A stretch of DNA of 62,105 nucleotides, counting the filler, from Choristocarpus tenellus KU-1152 (Eukaryota > Protista > Phaeophyceae): the NCBI GenBank assembly GCA_964200185.2. It is 13 parts of 13 records of this genome, joined end to end, with 100 filler letters (N's around TTAATTAATTAA, not from the genome) between each part and the next. Parts side by side here need not be neighbours in the genome. Positions count along the whole stretch, not along the records: positions 21,647 to 25,267 come from CAXNAD020018906.1; positions 25,368 to 30,271 come from CAXNAD020012589.1; positions 30,372 to 36,144 come from CAXNAD020009787.1; 10 more parts are not named here. One strand, given 5' to 3'. A model generated the notes under the pieces. It saw only the letters and a program-made list of their open reading frames with translations, had not been told where the DNA came from and searched no databases. The translations under genes were made by a program, and so were the position numbers. Below are positions 22,550 to 34,160 of this stretch, in pieces; position 1 is the first letter of the stretch, and each line of letters starts with the position of its first letter.

Positions 22550-24800
22550 CGTACATCCACCAGCACCCACAAATCTAAGCTTGTTAGGTGAAGTCACCTC
22601 ATGGTAGTAAAGGACACCTTGCAAGCAGTAGTCAACCCCACACAAGGAGATCTTATGCGTGATCGCCTAACCTCGGAAGATTTCCACTTCTGTAGACCTA
22701 CAAAGTACTCAAGGGTGTCCACTGCTGTCTAAATCAGGTTTGGATATGTCTCCACCTGTATATATTGTCAGCCGGCCACCAAGCAAGATCGATATTTTTG
22801 CTTGGTAGTTCTGAAGAGGGATGGCTTATTCCACAACAACGGACAGGTCCGCTATCATCTGCATGATGAGATGAGAGTACGCCGTTAATGCCATTTGTTA
22901 AGACCACCTTCTTGTGTGCCCATAGTTGCTAACGCACAAACCCCTTCGCTGCACAATGCATATTTGTTCGCACTGATTTTGAATCACACTGGTGAATCTG
23001 TACTACGGACAACAACCAAGGGGCAGGGCATAAAGGAGAAGGTAGAATTGCATAGTGTTCGGGATATCATGGGATCACCCACGAGGGACTTTCCGCATGC
23101 TAGACATGTATATTAACATCTGGCTGAGGGTAGAATGATTCACTCTCCCCCCTCCGATCTCGAAACAGATGGAGAGTTCTTCATTGACAACTGTGAGGAC
23201 GTGCTGCGTTTTGTGTACTCTCTCCTCATATGCAAGGTCAGGCTGGTTTGCACACTGCAACTTTACCTCCAGTCCAAGGGATTGAGGGGTGATGGAGATA
23301 ATAACTCTCTGATTGAAGAGAGTATAAGAAGTGGTGAAGAGGTTGACAAGGAGAGAATTTACTATTGCAGGAGAAAGGGGCTCCAGCAGCAGGAACAATG
23401 TTCTATAGTACCACACCAGATCTGATGGTCGTGCAAATTCTTCGAGTAAATTTACAGGAGCTATTTTGGGCTTTACATCAGTATTTTTCGAGCTGTTCGT
23501 TAACATTGAGTCTACCTTCACTTTATGGGCAAGTGGTGAATCTGTTGAAGTGTTAGCTGATGGTCCTCCTGACCCAAGATTGTTAAGGCTGCAAGTTGTT
23601 CTCCTTTGAGTGTAGGACTCGGGGTTGAACTCAAGCAAAAGTGCTGTATGGGTTTTGTTGAATGATCGTTGAGTGGAGGACAATTTACTCTCTGGACGCA
23701 GGGTAATGGACACTTTGTTGATCTACAAGTGTAAGATTCATGAGTTCGGAGAGGGAATAAGATACAAGGCACGTTGGGTAGAAACAAGTTTTCGTCAGAT
23801 TTGAGGGATTGGATTTTCATTATAACTTTTCCTGACACTTTCGCCTGCATTACCACTGAAAATATTTTTGACTTTAGTCGCAGAGATGGATTAAGAATTG
23901 ATGCATTGGGATGTTAAGCATTTCTATTCAGGTCAACAACAACGAGGAGATTTATGTCCGTTTGAATAGTGGATGTGGTCTGTGGTAGGATAAGGTTATT
24001 CGTTTGCTGAAAGCCCTGTATGGGATCAAGTAAGCAAGCAGAGAGAACGTAGTGGTTTCTTGGTACATGTTTTGGAGCAGTGTGGTTTTGAACGGTCTAG
24101 AGTAGGTCCTTGAGGTTTATGCTATGTAAAAAGTGACATAGTGTGTGCAGTGATATTCTCCCATGCTGATGACTTTACGGTTACAGGATTGCATGATGTT
24201 TTTGTTTTGGGCTTGTTTGAGGATTGAGGACAGTTTCCTACTGAGGGTTTCTGGAGATTTGTAGTATTTGAAATTCAATGCGATAGAACATACATGGAGC
24301 AATTGTATCAGTCAGAAATGTACATTAAGAATACGCATGTGTATAAGTGTTTGGTATTGATGAGGCAAAGAGGAGAAGGTCATGATCACTCTAGGACTCT
24401 GGACAGGAGAGAAGACTGCTCTCATGAAGGAGATGATCTTCCATACAGATAAGTGGTAGGTTCCTTGATGTGGGTAGCAGAGGATATCTAAGCTAGATAT
24501 TGCCAATGCAGTCCTTGAGTAGTCACAATCCCAAGGCTGTACACTGGTGCGCAGTTGAGCGCATTTTGGCGTATTTTGAACATTTGTTTGACTTATGACG
24601 ATATCGGTTATTACGAATACATTTGTTTGGAGCGCACATGTAGATGCTGGGACTATGATGCTTGTAGGTTCAGCAACCGATGGAACCATGATGTTGGATG
24701 AAGGGGCAACAGCTTGGATGTTGAAGACTCCAAGGTTGTAGCTCTTCCACTCTAGTGAGTATATTGCCTTTAGAAGTGTGACACAGCAGTTGCTTTTCTT
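22550..24800 (+). pseudogene. Decayed Ty1/Copia pol (integrase-RT-RNase H)
   Basis: RYKARWVETSFRQI*GIGF (23760), LMHWDVK (about 23898), LKALYGIK*ASR (24007), PYR*VVGSLMWVA...DIANAV (24441) and RNase H remnants AHVDA and EYIA (24632-24768), in Copia order, with many stops and frameshifts. Boundaries are approximate. Confidence 0.88.
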
Positions 24801-25429
24801 TAGGAAAATTTGGAGGTCGTTCAGCCATAGTTTCCAAGACGTTGTGTTCGATTAGACACTTCCAACTCTATCGGACAGTTACGGTAAAATATGTACCAAG
24901 TAAAGGAACAATCAATTAGTGGTTGAGTTATCAGAACTTTATACTAGTGATTAGTTATATGAGAAAAATTCTCATATATATAAAAGAAAATATTTATGAT
25001 TTTATGGGGTGCTGCATGCCCCACTTAACTTTAATCAATCACTCTACAGACACCCAGCAATCTCGCTGGGTTTATCACCTTTGTCCTCTTTGATGATTTG
25101 GGAGATACTTTAACACAATATATTGAACCTTAGGTTTCTAACCCATCATTTCATCATGTCTACTACACGAGGAAATGCGATTCAAAATTGCAGGATGTTA
25201 AAATATAGGCTACTCATCTGTTTGTTCCTTGATACGATACAGTTCCACCAGTCAATACTGACTGTTGNNNNNNNNNNNNNNNNNNNNNNNNNNNNNNNNN
25301 NNNNNNNNNNNTTAATTAATTAANNNNNNNNNNNNNNNNNNNNNNNNNNNNNNNNNNNNNNNNNNNNGTGTAACAACCGTTTGCACTTCGTTGAAATATA
25401 AGAAGAAATACTCGCTCTATTCGCCTGTA

Positions 25430-26900
25430 ACACTTGAGCATCAGTTTTCGCAAGGTATACATGATCTGCAGGCTTACAAATCAGCCGGGTGTGCTACTTT
25501 GCAAGTACTGGTGGACTTACCTGCACTATTCATACAAAGTTATTTCAGCACGACTTGACCAGGGACATTCTAAGGTAGGCGCGGTCAGGAAGTTTCAAAA
25601 ACTGTTGAATGCGGTGTTTCGCAGCCACTGGTCGTTCCACTTGACAATTCGCACGAACATATGGACACATGACTTGACCAACAGCATTCATAGTTGGGCA
25701 GCAATGACGATATAGTTGGATATATTTTTCACCCTCAAAATTCGAACGGATACGTCGACAGACGTCTTGACCAGCAGCATTCACCACTACTAGGCGCAAT
25801 CTGTAAGCAAAAATGCACGATGTGCAAAGTACAAAATAGTTTGATGTATTGTTTGTAAAAAAAAAATGGTCGTAGAACCTGTACGCTTCGCCCATAGATA
25901 TCTACACACTACTTGAGCAGGGGGGGGATTTCGCAGCTAGTCATGATTAGCATGACATAAATCAATTATGTTTTGCAATCCAAACAAAATAGAGACACAC
26001 ACGACTAAACCAGTAGGATTGGCATCTAGGCACGATCTTGAAGCCGCATAATGATTAGATGTGTTTAGCATATAATAGTGGTTTTACCTGAAAACTCCTC
26101 AAGAAGAAAAATTGACACACGACTTGAGCAGTAGTTTTCTTCGCTAGGGCACGACCAGGAAGTTACAAAACCGTTAGATATGCTGTTTAGTAGCTATCTA
26201 TCGTGTTATGGCTCTAAGTATATGGGGGGGGGGANNNNNNNNNNGGCTAGAAGTGGGGGGGGGGGGGGGGGGGGTCTACACCAGCGTGTTCATTCGGGCC
26301 CTGACCAGGAGAAGTGCACTTGCATTATCCATCCGACGCAAGCAACCAAATCAACAAAAAATCACGACATTGAAAAACGGGCCCCAAATGGACAGCCTCC
26401 ACCCCCTCCCAGATTCCTCGAGCCTTTTCTGTACATGTCGCATAGAGATTTCGATACGGAGCATGACCAGCAGCATTGCAAGCTAGGCACGATCGACAGT
26501 TACAAAACCTTTGGACGGGCTGGTTAGGTGTTAATAGAGTCGCGTTTCCTGCAAGTGTTGCACAGAGATTTTGACATACGACTTGACCAGAAGCATTGCA
26601 GCTAGGTACGAACAGGATGTTGGAGCGACATTCGATGGTCTTTGTGCACAATTCGCACAAAGATATCGACATACGACTTGACCGGGAGCATTCCGAGGTA
26701 GGCACTATCAGGAAGCTCTAAAAAGGTTGTATGCGCTGTTTTGCAACTCCTGGTTGTTTCACCTCCATAATCCTTACAACTCTATCAAGACACGAGTTGA
26801 CCAGTAGCACTTGCAGGTGGGCACGATCGGACCGATAAGAAACTGTTAGATATACGCTTCACAGCAGTTCTACTAATTGTTTCACCTGCGCAACTCGCAC
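25430..26900. repeat. Degenerate tandem repeat, about 120-bp units with some of about 94 bp
   Basis: Recurrent anchor GACTTGACCAG...GCATT...TAGGCACGAT at about 25431, 25552, 25671, 25765, 25910, 26001, 26121, 26460, 26580, 26674, 26794; interrupted by a MITE. Confidence 0.75.
26210..26424. mobile_element. MITE type 1 inserted in the tandem array
   Basis: GGCTCTAAGTATATGGGG ... CCCAGATTCCTCGAGCC; interior homologous to the 11365 and 29694 copies; contains a 10-N gap. Confidence 0.75.
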
Positions 26901-27721
26901 AAGAATGTCACCATCTTGAAGGAGTGAACGTCCACTCATTGCTGACTACTCCATGTGCTCTCTCCAATGTGACTTGCACATAGCAGCAGCATAACTTCTA
27001 CCCCACCACCGTGTATGTTCAAGGAAACTCTATTAAAGCCTTTAATCCATTTTATTGGTGGTACTGCAACCTCTCAGTGTGGGCAGCAATGTTTGCGCTA
27101 TGCTATACCGTACCAGCTGCGTCTAGCATCTCCTGCCTTCAACACTCTACCTCCAGGATGTCAGTCATGACTTACCACTCTCCATGCCTGCCATCAAATT
27201 GTGCTATACCTTTCTTTAGAATAAATGGATCTGGCAACTTGTAGATCGTGCCAAGTTGCGACTGCTGTTGCTCAACTCGGGTGCTGATATCCGTTCAGGC
27301 AGGTGGTGAGAGTGGTGGCTTCAATGATCCGCTTGAGTGATGTCGAGAGAGGACTTTATCCCTTACGCGCTTAGCCGAACTTTGCCCTTTGAGTTTTGGC
27401 CATTCTTGCTTCACAGGCTGTACTCCGAGCATGCTATGTTCTCGTCATCCGAGAATGTTATTTTACAGCAAAAGGAAATAGATTGGACCTGGACATATGA
27501 AGCTCTTTTGCTTCCTTGTGTACCATCTGAGTCACGGTGGATACAAGAGAGGATACCTCCTATTTCTTTGTTGAAACACTTTTTTAGTGAGGTAACTTGA
27601 AACAAAAGTTATGTTGCTGGATATTTCAATTGCTTTCATGATGTTTTGGATACATCGTCCCTCCTGTAATGATTTTATCAAAATTGTTCGTGGGCATGCA
27701 ATAGTTGAAGTAGCTGAACGA

Positions 27722-27979
27722 GATTCAAAGTAAACGATAGGTACCCAGTTTTTGGGTGTTTTGACTATAAGACAGTTTTCAATCTTTTGCAATTCACCCA
27801 TATTTCTATGGATGAAGTGCTAAGCTTGAGTTGAGAGGGTCGATTTCTATACATTGTATGAAAGTTTTTGACACAACTCCGAAATTATCCTACAAACATT
27901 TGCAAAAAGCCGAAATTTGCACATATTTTCCAGTATCATCAAAATGCAACTCCGAGTACCTCTCGTTTACTATTACTGC
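27722..27979. mobile_element. MITE type 3 (about 260 bp, TIR consensus GAGTCAAAGTAAACGAGAGGTA)
   Basis: Left GATTCAAAGTAAACGATAGGTACCC, right GTACCTCTCGTTTACT; homologous to the 28240, 28506, 51370 and 56070 copies. Confidence 0.7.
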
Positions 27980-28239
27980 CACCTATTTTCAATTTATGAG
28001 AAGTAATCTCTCTTTCCCACCCCTTAGCCACTACTATCCTTCAGCCTCCCTTTTACTTTTCATTTATTTTTATGTTCAAAACATAGTTGGCAATATCCTG
28101 CCTCATATACTATAGGAGGAAATAGAAGGATTTGATAAACTGAGTTAAAATACTTCCAGCAAGTGGAGAAAAACATACATATATTAGGGTTTCAACATCA
28201 AATTAATTTATCGCACCTCAATGAGGGTGGGGGCATCTT

Positions 28240-28764
28240 GAGCCAAAGTAAAGATGTACCCAGATTATAGCCGATTTTCCTTTCAGTCATTTTTTCCATC
28301 TCTGCCTTTTGTCTCTATGGATGAAGTGTGCTAAGATTGATTTAAGGGCATTGGTTTATCTAGTTTTTGAATTTTTCGACAGAGTAAGTTAAGGGAAGTC
28401 CCTATACATGCTTGCTCAAAAGCCCGAATTTTGCGCATTTGTCAGCATCCTTAAAATGTAATACTCGCAAATCTCCTTCTGCTTACCCCTGAAACACTTT
28501 CCTCAGAGTCAACGTAAACGAGAGTTATCCAGGATTTGGGCGATTTGCATTTTGTGCATGTTTTCAATTTTTTGCTTTTCACTCATAGTTATCTAGATGA
28601 GCTTCTATTTTTGACTTGAGAGTGAACACTTCTCCGTTATCTGAAACGTTTCGGAAACAATTCAGGAAATATCCTATACGCTCTCGTAAATAAAGTCCAA
28701 TCTTCCACATATCTGTCCGCATCCTTAAAATGCAATTCTGACTACCTCTCGTTTATTTTGACTA
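28240..28764. mobile_element. Two adjacent MITE type 3 copies (28240-~28495 and 28506-28764)
   Basis: Starts GAGCCAAAGTAAAG and GAGTCAACGTAAACGAGAG; the second ends CTCTCGTTTATTTTGACT. Both share GCATCCTTAAAATG. Confidence 0.7.
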
Positions 28765-29693
28765 TAATAAACTTTCATAATGCCCTTCCCCACCACAAAT
28801 TACCTTCATCTTAATCCTACTAAAACCCATTTCTTAAACACTTTAATATTGCCCCTTCACAACCAAACAACTCAGATCACCAATTTCCAATAATAACACC
28901 ATTCAGATTGCATCGTTTCAAGTGAGTAGGCGAGCCAAACCAATTGAGAGGTAGGCAGGTTTGGACACTTTAACATCCTAAGCTATCTTTCATACCCTGT
29001 CCAATACACTCTATTTCATTGCATAATGTGCATGATAGTGGACGAAAAATTGATATCCCCCCATTCCACACACAAAGTGATGGCATAGTTAAGCTTCACA
29101 ATGAACCTGATGGTAACCGCCGCAATCTGATTTGTGTTGTGGGAGGATGCCATTTTAGCGAGTGTACATACTTTCACCCACTATATCTTGTTCTGGGTGG
29201 TTTTATCGATCTGTACTCTCAAACCATTCCATTCCTTTTCCCGTAGACCCTTCAGAGTTTTTTATTTTTCCCTTCCATATTTCAAAACGACACCAACTGA
29301 TTAATCCATTACCCACAACGAATTTCTCTCGCCCATTTAGATACGCAATTCAGAACACGTTTTTGGTGAGTACTATTATAGGCGCAACGATCCATGTTAA
29401 GGTTAATTTTTTAGGTACTCTATACCACTATAGTTTTAGCGTGTGTGTGAAAGGCTTATCGCACTTGCCAGCAAGTACCAATATAGAGATTTTAGAGGCA
29501 TTTTTAAGAACAGTGACTAATGTGTAAACTCATTAGCTAATAAAAAATTGCTAAAGTAATGGAGGAGGGAAGAGATCCCATTGTAAACATGTAGGTGTCA
29601 ATATGTCGTAGGACAAGTTGTGTTCACGAATCAGAGTGCATCAACTACAGCATTGAAGGCCTCTCCGTTTTTACCCGCACTAGTGTAGGTTGT

Positions 29694-29875
29694 GGCTGAA
29701 AGTATCTGGGGGGGGAGGGGGTATCTTCACCAGGGTTCCCATTTGGGCCCTGACCAGGAAAGGTGCACTTACATTATTCATCTAACACATGTAACCAAAT
29801 CATCCAAAAATTGCGACATGAAAAAATAGGCCCCAAATGGACAGCCGCCACCCCTCCCCCCAGATACTTTGAGCC
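29694..29875. mobile_element. MITE type 1, full copy
   Basis: GGCTGAAAGTATCTGGGG ... CCCCCAGATACTTTGAGCC, with TGT on both flanks. Fragments also at or near contig ends around 30244, 36292, 46923, 49935, 54907 and 55086. Confidence 0.85.
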
Positions 29876-30461
29876 TGTGTTTGATTGGATTGGTGACATT
29901 GAAATGTCTAACAGGACCTAATCATCATGAGGAAGTCCTTGGTGTCTACCCTATACTGATTCGTCGTCATGCGGAAGAATATCTTTTATGAGTGTGCACA
30001 TCGTCATGGTTTGTCGTGTATTTTTTAGCGAGTGAAAACATCTTCACTGCTATTATTTTGAATGGCAAGGGGCCTTACATACAGAATACACGCAGACACC
30101 ATGCCTATCCCCCCACCCCACCCCAATAGTCTCACAACAACATACTTGTATAGTGCCACATAGTGCTCTGCATCAATAAGAATCACAACACAGTGCATCT
30201 TACAAACCACGATATAGTAGTACATGCATATGTGCCCCTTGTGGACCAAAATATCTCGGGGGGGGGGGGGGNNNNNNNNNNNNNNNNNNNNNNNNNNNNN
30301 NNNNNNNNNNNNNNNTTAATTAATTAANNNNNNNNNNNNNNNNNNNNNNNNNNNNNNNNNNNNNNNNNNNNGGTTCAAGAACATTTCCCTCCCCTTCCCC
30401 CCCCCCCCCACCTGTTCTGCTTGTTTTTATTTTTTTATTATTGTTTGATTGATTGGTGCAG

Positions 30462-33400
30462 GGTCGAAAAATATGTGAGAGTGAGAGAGGATTTGAGGTA
30501 TACCTTGGTAAGATCTGTCCATTTGGTTGTTCCGCCTTCCAAGCCATTATCATCCCGCTTAGATCTCTTGTTCTGAACCGACTCTCTCTCTCTCTCTCTC
30601 TCTACCAGCCAATACACACACACAAATTTTTTATTATTATATGTACACACAAGGCAAAAATAGACATACAATAATAATAATTATTATTATTATTGTTTTG
30701 TGGTGTGTGTGTGTGTGTGTGCAGGTGAGAGTGCTGTCGTATGTGAGGATAAGACAGATGGGTATATCCTTGCCATTTCCTTTTGTGGAGGCGTGTATGA
30801 GGGGACTGTACCTAACCTTTGCCAGGCGTGCGAGGGCATCACCGTCGTCCCCTCAGGGTAGGCGTTCATTTCGGATCATGGAAGGGTGAGCATGTATTCA
30901 TTACATATATACTTACATACATACATATATACATACATACATACATATACATGTACACATGAACAGAAGGGGGGGGGGGGCCTTATTTTTTGTTCCACTT
31001 TTTTGTCATTTTTTTTAATGAAGGGTTTGTTCTGTTCCATTCCGTTCCTCTGTTATATATTTTATTTTATTTTATTTGTGAGAGTGTATGTTGAAAGATG
31101 GTTTGAATGTGTGATAAATCAAATAATAAAATGAAATTTAATAAAAATGGTAGTTGTCCGTCGTAAGAACAGTATTTTTTTTTTAATGATCGTGTCAGTA
31201 CCGGTGGTGTGTGAACAATTTTTTAAAAATATTTGTCAATAAATAAGATATGAATCTAAGCACAAATCTAAGTATGAATCTAAGTATGAATCTAAGTATA
31301 TGAAGAGGCGCTGTTTCTCGAGTCGTTGTGATCTGTGAGTTGATTTCAATGCTGTTTAAGAGGTTGTCGACCCTCTGTGTATTTCAATGCTGTTTAAAAG
31401 GTTGTCGACCCTCTGTGTATTTCAATGCTGTTTAAAAGGTTGTCGACCCTCTGTGTATTTCAATGCTGTTTAAAAGGTTGTCGACCCTCTGTGTATTTCA
31501 ATGCTGTTTCAAAGGTTGTCGACCCTCTGTGTAATTCAATGCTGTGTGAAAGTGCATCGGTCCTTCGTCTGTGTCCTACTCTGTGAAATTACTGACATTA
31601 TGTTATATTTAATAGATTTTTATTGCTACTTTTTTTTTTCAGATGATGTTTTAGGACGCAAGGATTTCCTTGCTATGTAGTATCTTTTTTTATTTTGTTG
31701 TCTACAGTGGTTGCAAGGAATGCAGTAGTCCATGTCTTTTCCCATATAAATATATTGTTCTTTTATAAAATAAAACTACCTTTTCCCAATTTTTGTTGTT
31801 GTGAGGATGGGATCAATGGGGGTCAGTTTTAGGGTTAGGGTTATCTTAAGAAAAATAAGGAATAGAGGAAATGAAATAATTTTATTCTTTGCTGAGTCAT
31901 GTTCATCCTTTGAGGTTAGGGTTAGGGGTAGAGTGCAATACTTTTTGTTAGTCTTTAGTTTTGTTTAGTGCCATTAGTATGACCAAAACCAGAGATGATT
32001 GAATGCATGTGTGGCAATACTGACACAATTTGAGTGAGTTTTGTAATACAATACCGCTCCAATGGCTCTTGATTTACCAGTCAGGGACAGGTAGGGAAAT
32101 TCTGCATTTGTAGGGGGGGTTGTCTGAAGACAGTTACCAGTATTGCACTAAATTGTGATTGGTGTACGTACTTGGTTTTATGTTTCATACTTTTTTATTC
32201 TTTTAAATTGTCTCAATTGCAATCCAACTCATTACTTTCATTTTTTTTCCTCCTGGGTTTCTACCTCCCCGTCATCGATTTATATTTTATTATTACTTTT
32301 TCCCTGGTCATAATTATTCTAATTATGATACGCAAATCTTAAGAAAAAAATTGTGATGTGGTACTCCATTATTTCTGTTGATTATATTTATTGCGACTAT
32401 CTTCTTCATATTTATTGCTATCTTGCTTATATTTATTGTTACTCTCTTGCTTATATGTATTGCTACTATCTTACTTATATATATTGTTACTATCTTACTT
32501 ATATTTATTGTTACTATCTTAATTATATTGCTACTATCTTAATTATATTTGTTACTATCTTAATTATATTTATTGTTACTATCTTCACTTTTTTTCTTTC
32601 TGACCGATGTTGAACCTTTTCTACCTTCCCTCCCTCTGACACGCACCAATTTTTTTTTTCTTTTTCTTTTTCTTTTTTCTGTTTATTAACGTAAGGTGTG
32701 TGGTGGAGTTGTATCGCCTTGACACGGCATCTGCTTACCAAAACGCCTTCCTATACATCAGACAACTGAGTCTCATGCTGCGTAAGGCAATGACACAGCA
32801 GACAAGCGACAGCTTTGCTGCAGTGAGGAGGTGGCAGGTGAACAAACGGTGTGTGAGTGTACTCAGAACACCATGATCACCATAAAGTTGTAAGGTAGTG
32901 GTGTAGGTCAGTCAGTGGCAGATGTTAGTTTCAAGAGTTGTGTTAGTTGATCTTCTTCTTCTGTGGTATGTCTGTGGCATGTCTGCTGTATGTTTGTGGT
33001 ATGTCTGTGGTATGTCTGTGGCATGTCTGTGGCATGTCTGCTGTATGTTTGTGGTATGTTGTAGTTTGTTCTGGTTGTGAACGGGTTTTTTGGGGGGGGC
33101 TTTGAATGAGCATGATTCGTGTGAGTGATTGGTTGGTGGGTGTGTTTCTTGCTCTGCTGATTGGTTGATGGGACTGGTCGATTGGTGAGGTATCCAACGA
33201 CAACTGTTACGGCTTTTTGACTGTAACAGTTAAAGTAGTGGTAGTAGTGGGAGGAGGAGGAGGAGGAGTGGTGGTGGTGGTAGTGGTATTGGTAGTGGTT
33301 GTAGTGGTGGTGGTAGTAGTAGTAATGGTAGTGGTGGTAGTGGTAATGGTAGTGGTAGTGGTAGTAGTATTGGTGGTGGTGGTGGTGGTAGTTGTAATAG

Positions 33401-34160
33401 TAGTAGTAGTATTAGTTGTAGTGATAGTGGTGGTGGTGGTAGTAGTTGTAGTAGTAGTAGTAGTAGTAGTAAGCATAATGTTTTCCATGTGTAGACCATG
33501 TTGATTCAAATGTCTGATTGTGATACTTGATAGGCAGTTAATACCTGTTTGTGCTTTATTGATGATCTTGTCGAGTGCTCTGGTGCTGAGGAACATGATC
33601 TGCTCTATTTGTTGTTGTAGTTAGGGTTAGAGTTAGGACTGTCTTGCAATTGGAGAGACTGTCTCGATACACAATGCATCTTGGACAACTACCATACAAC
33701 CATACTATCACATAACATCATAGAAATGTTTTTTCTTATCACAATAATGATAAAAATAAATAAATTAGTAGCTCAGTTTGTTTGGTTAGTCGATACTGTG
33801 TACTTGTTGGTATACCCAGTATATTTATATATTGATTATATTGATATACTGGTTTATTAATATAATTGATTACATTAATTTTATTGATAGCTGATAGGTA
33901 AGAAGGGTCTTACATTGCAATATATGTATACAATATGTTTTTCAGTCAAGTTGTGTTCTTTGTGAGCTCTTGATATCAAACACTGTATCATGTTTTTGAT
34001 ATATCAATCAGACTTATTGGGTATCAAATTCGTTTCCATTGTGTCCTCCCTGCACTGTCTTTGTTCAAAGGTGGTGACATGCCTGAGGCTGTGGACAGGG
34101 GTACTGGCAGCTGCTCCTGGGGAAGATGAGCTGAGGATGATGATTTTTCCTCTCACACAG
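30462..34160 (+). CDS. NOC2: Nucleolar complex protein 2 (NOC2/NOC2L), internal fragment
   Basis: Exons 30725-30885, 32696-32837 and 34071-34160 (30462-30497 tentative) give VRVLSYVRIRQ...[31 protein letters not shown]...RRWQVVTCLRLWTGVL...IFPLTQ. This matches recalled Noc2 [20 protein letters not shown]...VYNWQYVHCL..W...YPLAQ. Confidence 0.92.
31343..31545. repeat. Intronic 38-bp minisatellite, about 5.3 near-identical copies
   Basis: ATTTCAATGCTGTTTAAAAGGTTGTCGACCCTCTGTGT head-to-tail at 31343, 31381, 31419, 31457, 31495 and 31533 (partial); no spacers. Confidence 0.97.
32381..32586. repeat. Intronic 21-24 bp AT-rich minisatellite
   Basis: Repeated variants of CTATCTTACTTATATTTATTGTTA. 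Confidence 0.85.
32962..33060. repeat. 11-bp tandem repeat (TATGTCTGTGG)n
   Basis: About 9 imperfect copies seen directly. Confidence 0.9.
33235..33471. repeat. (GTA/GTG)n trinucleotide microsatellite in a NOC2 intron
   Basis: Seen directly; it accounts for the poly-V, poly-T and poly-L ORFs. Confidence 0.95.

Noticed and set aside
23075-23713. 212-aa minus-strand ORF
   Set aside because: Antisense to the decayed Copia pol; no recognisable motif.
25430-26900. Anchor-plus-variable array as CRISPR-like
   Set aside because: The intervening sequences are homologous to each other and the anchors are degenerate, so it is a diverged tandem repeat.
31343-31545. 38-bp repeat beginning ATTTCAAT as a CRISPR array
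   Set aside because: Units are head-to-tail with no unique spacers, lie in a eukaryotic NOC2 intron, and no cas genes are present.
33207-33596. Poly-Thr (mucin-like) and poly-Val ORFs
   Set aside because: Translations of an intronic (GTA/GTG)n microsatellite.
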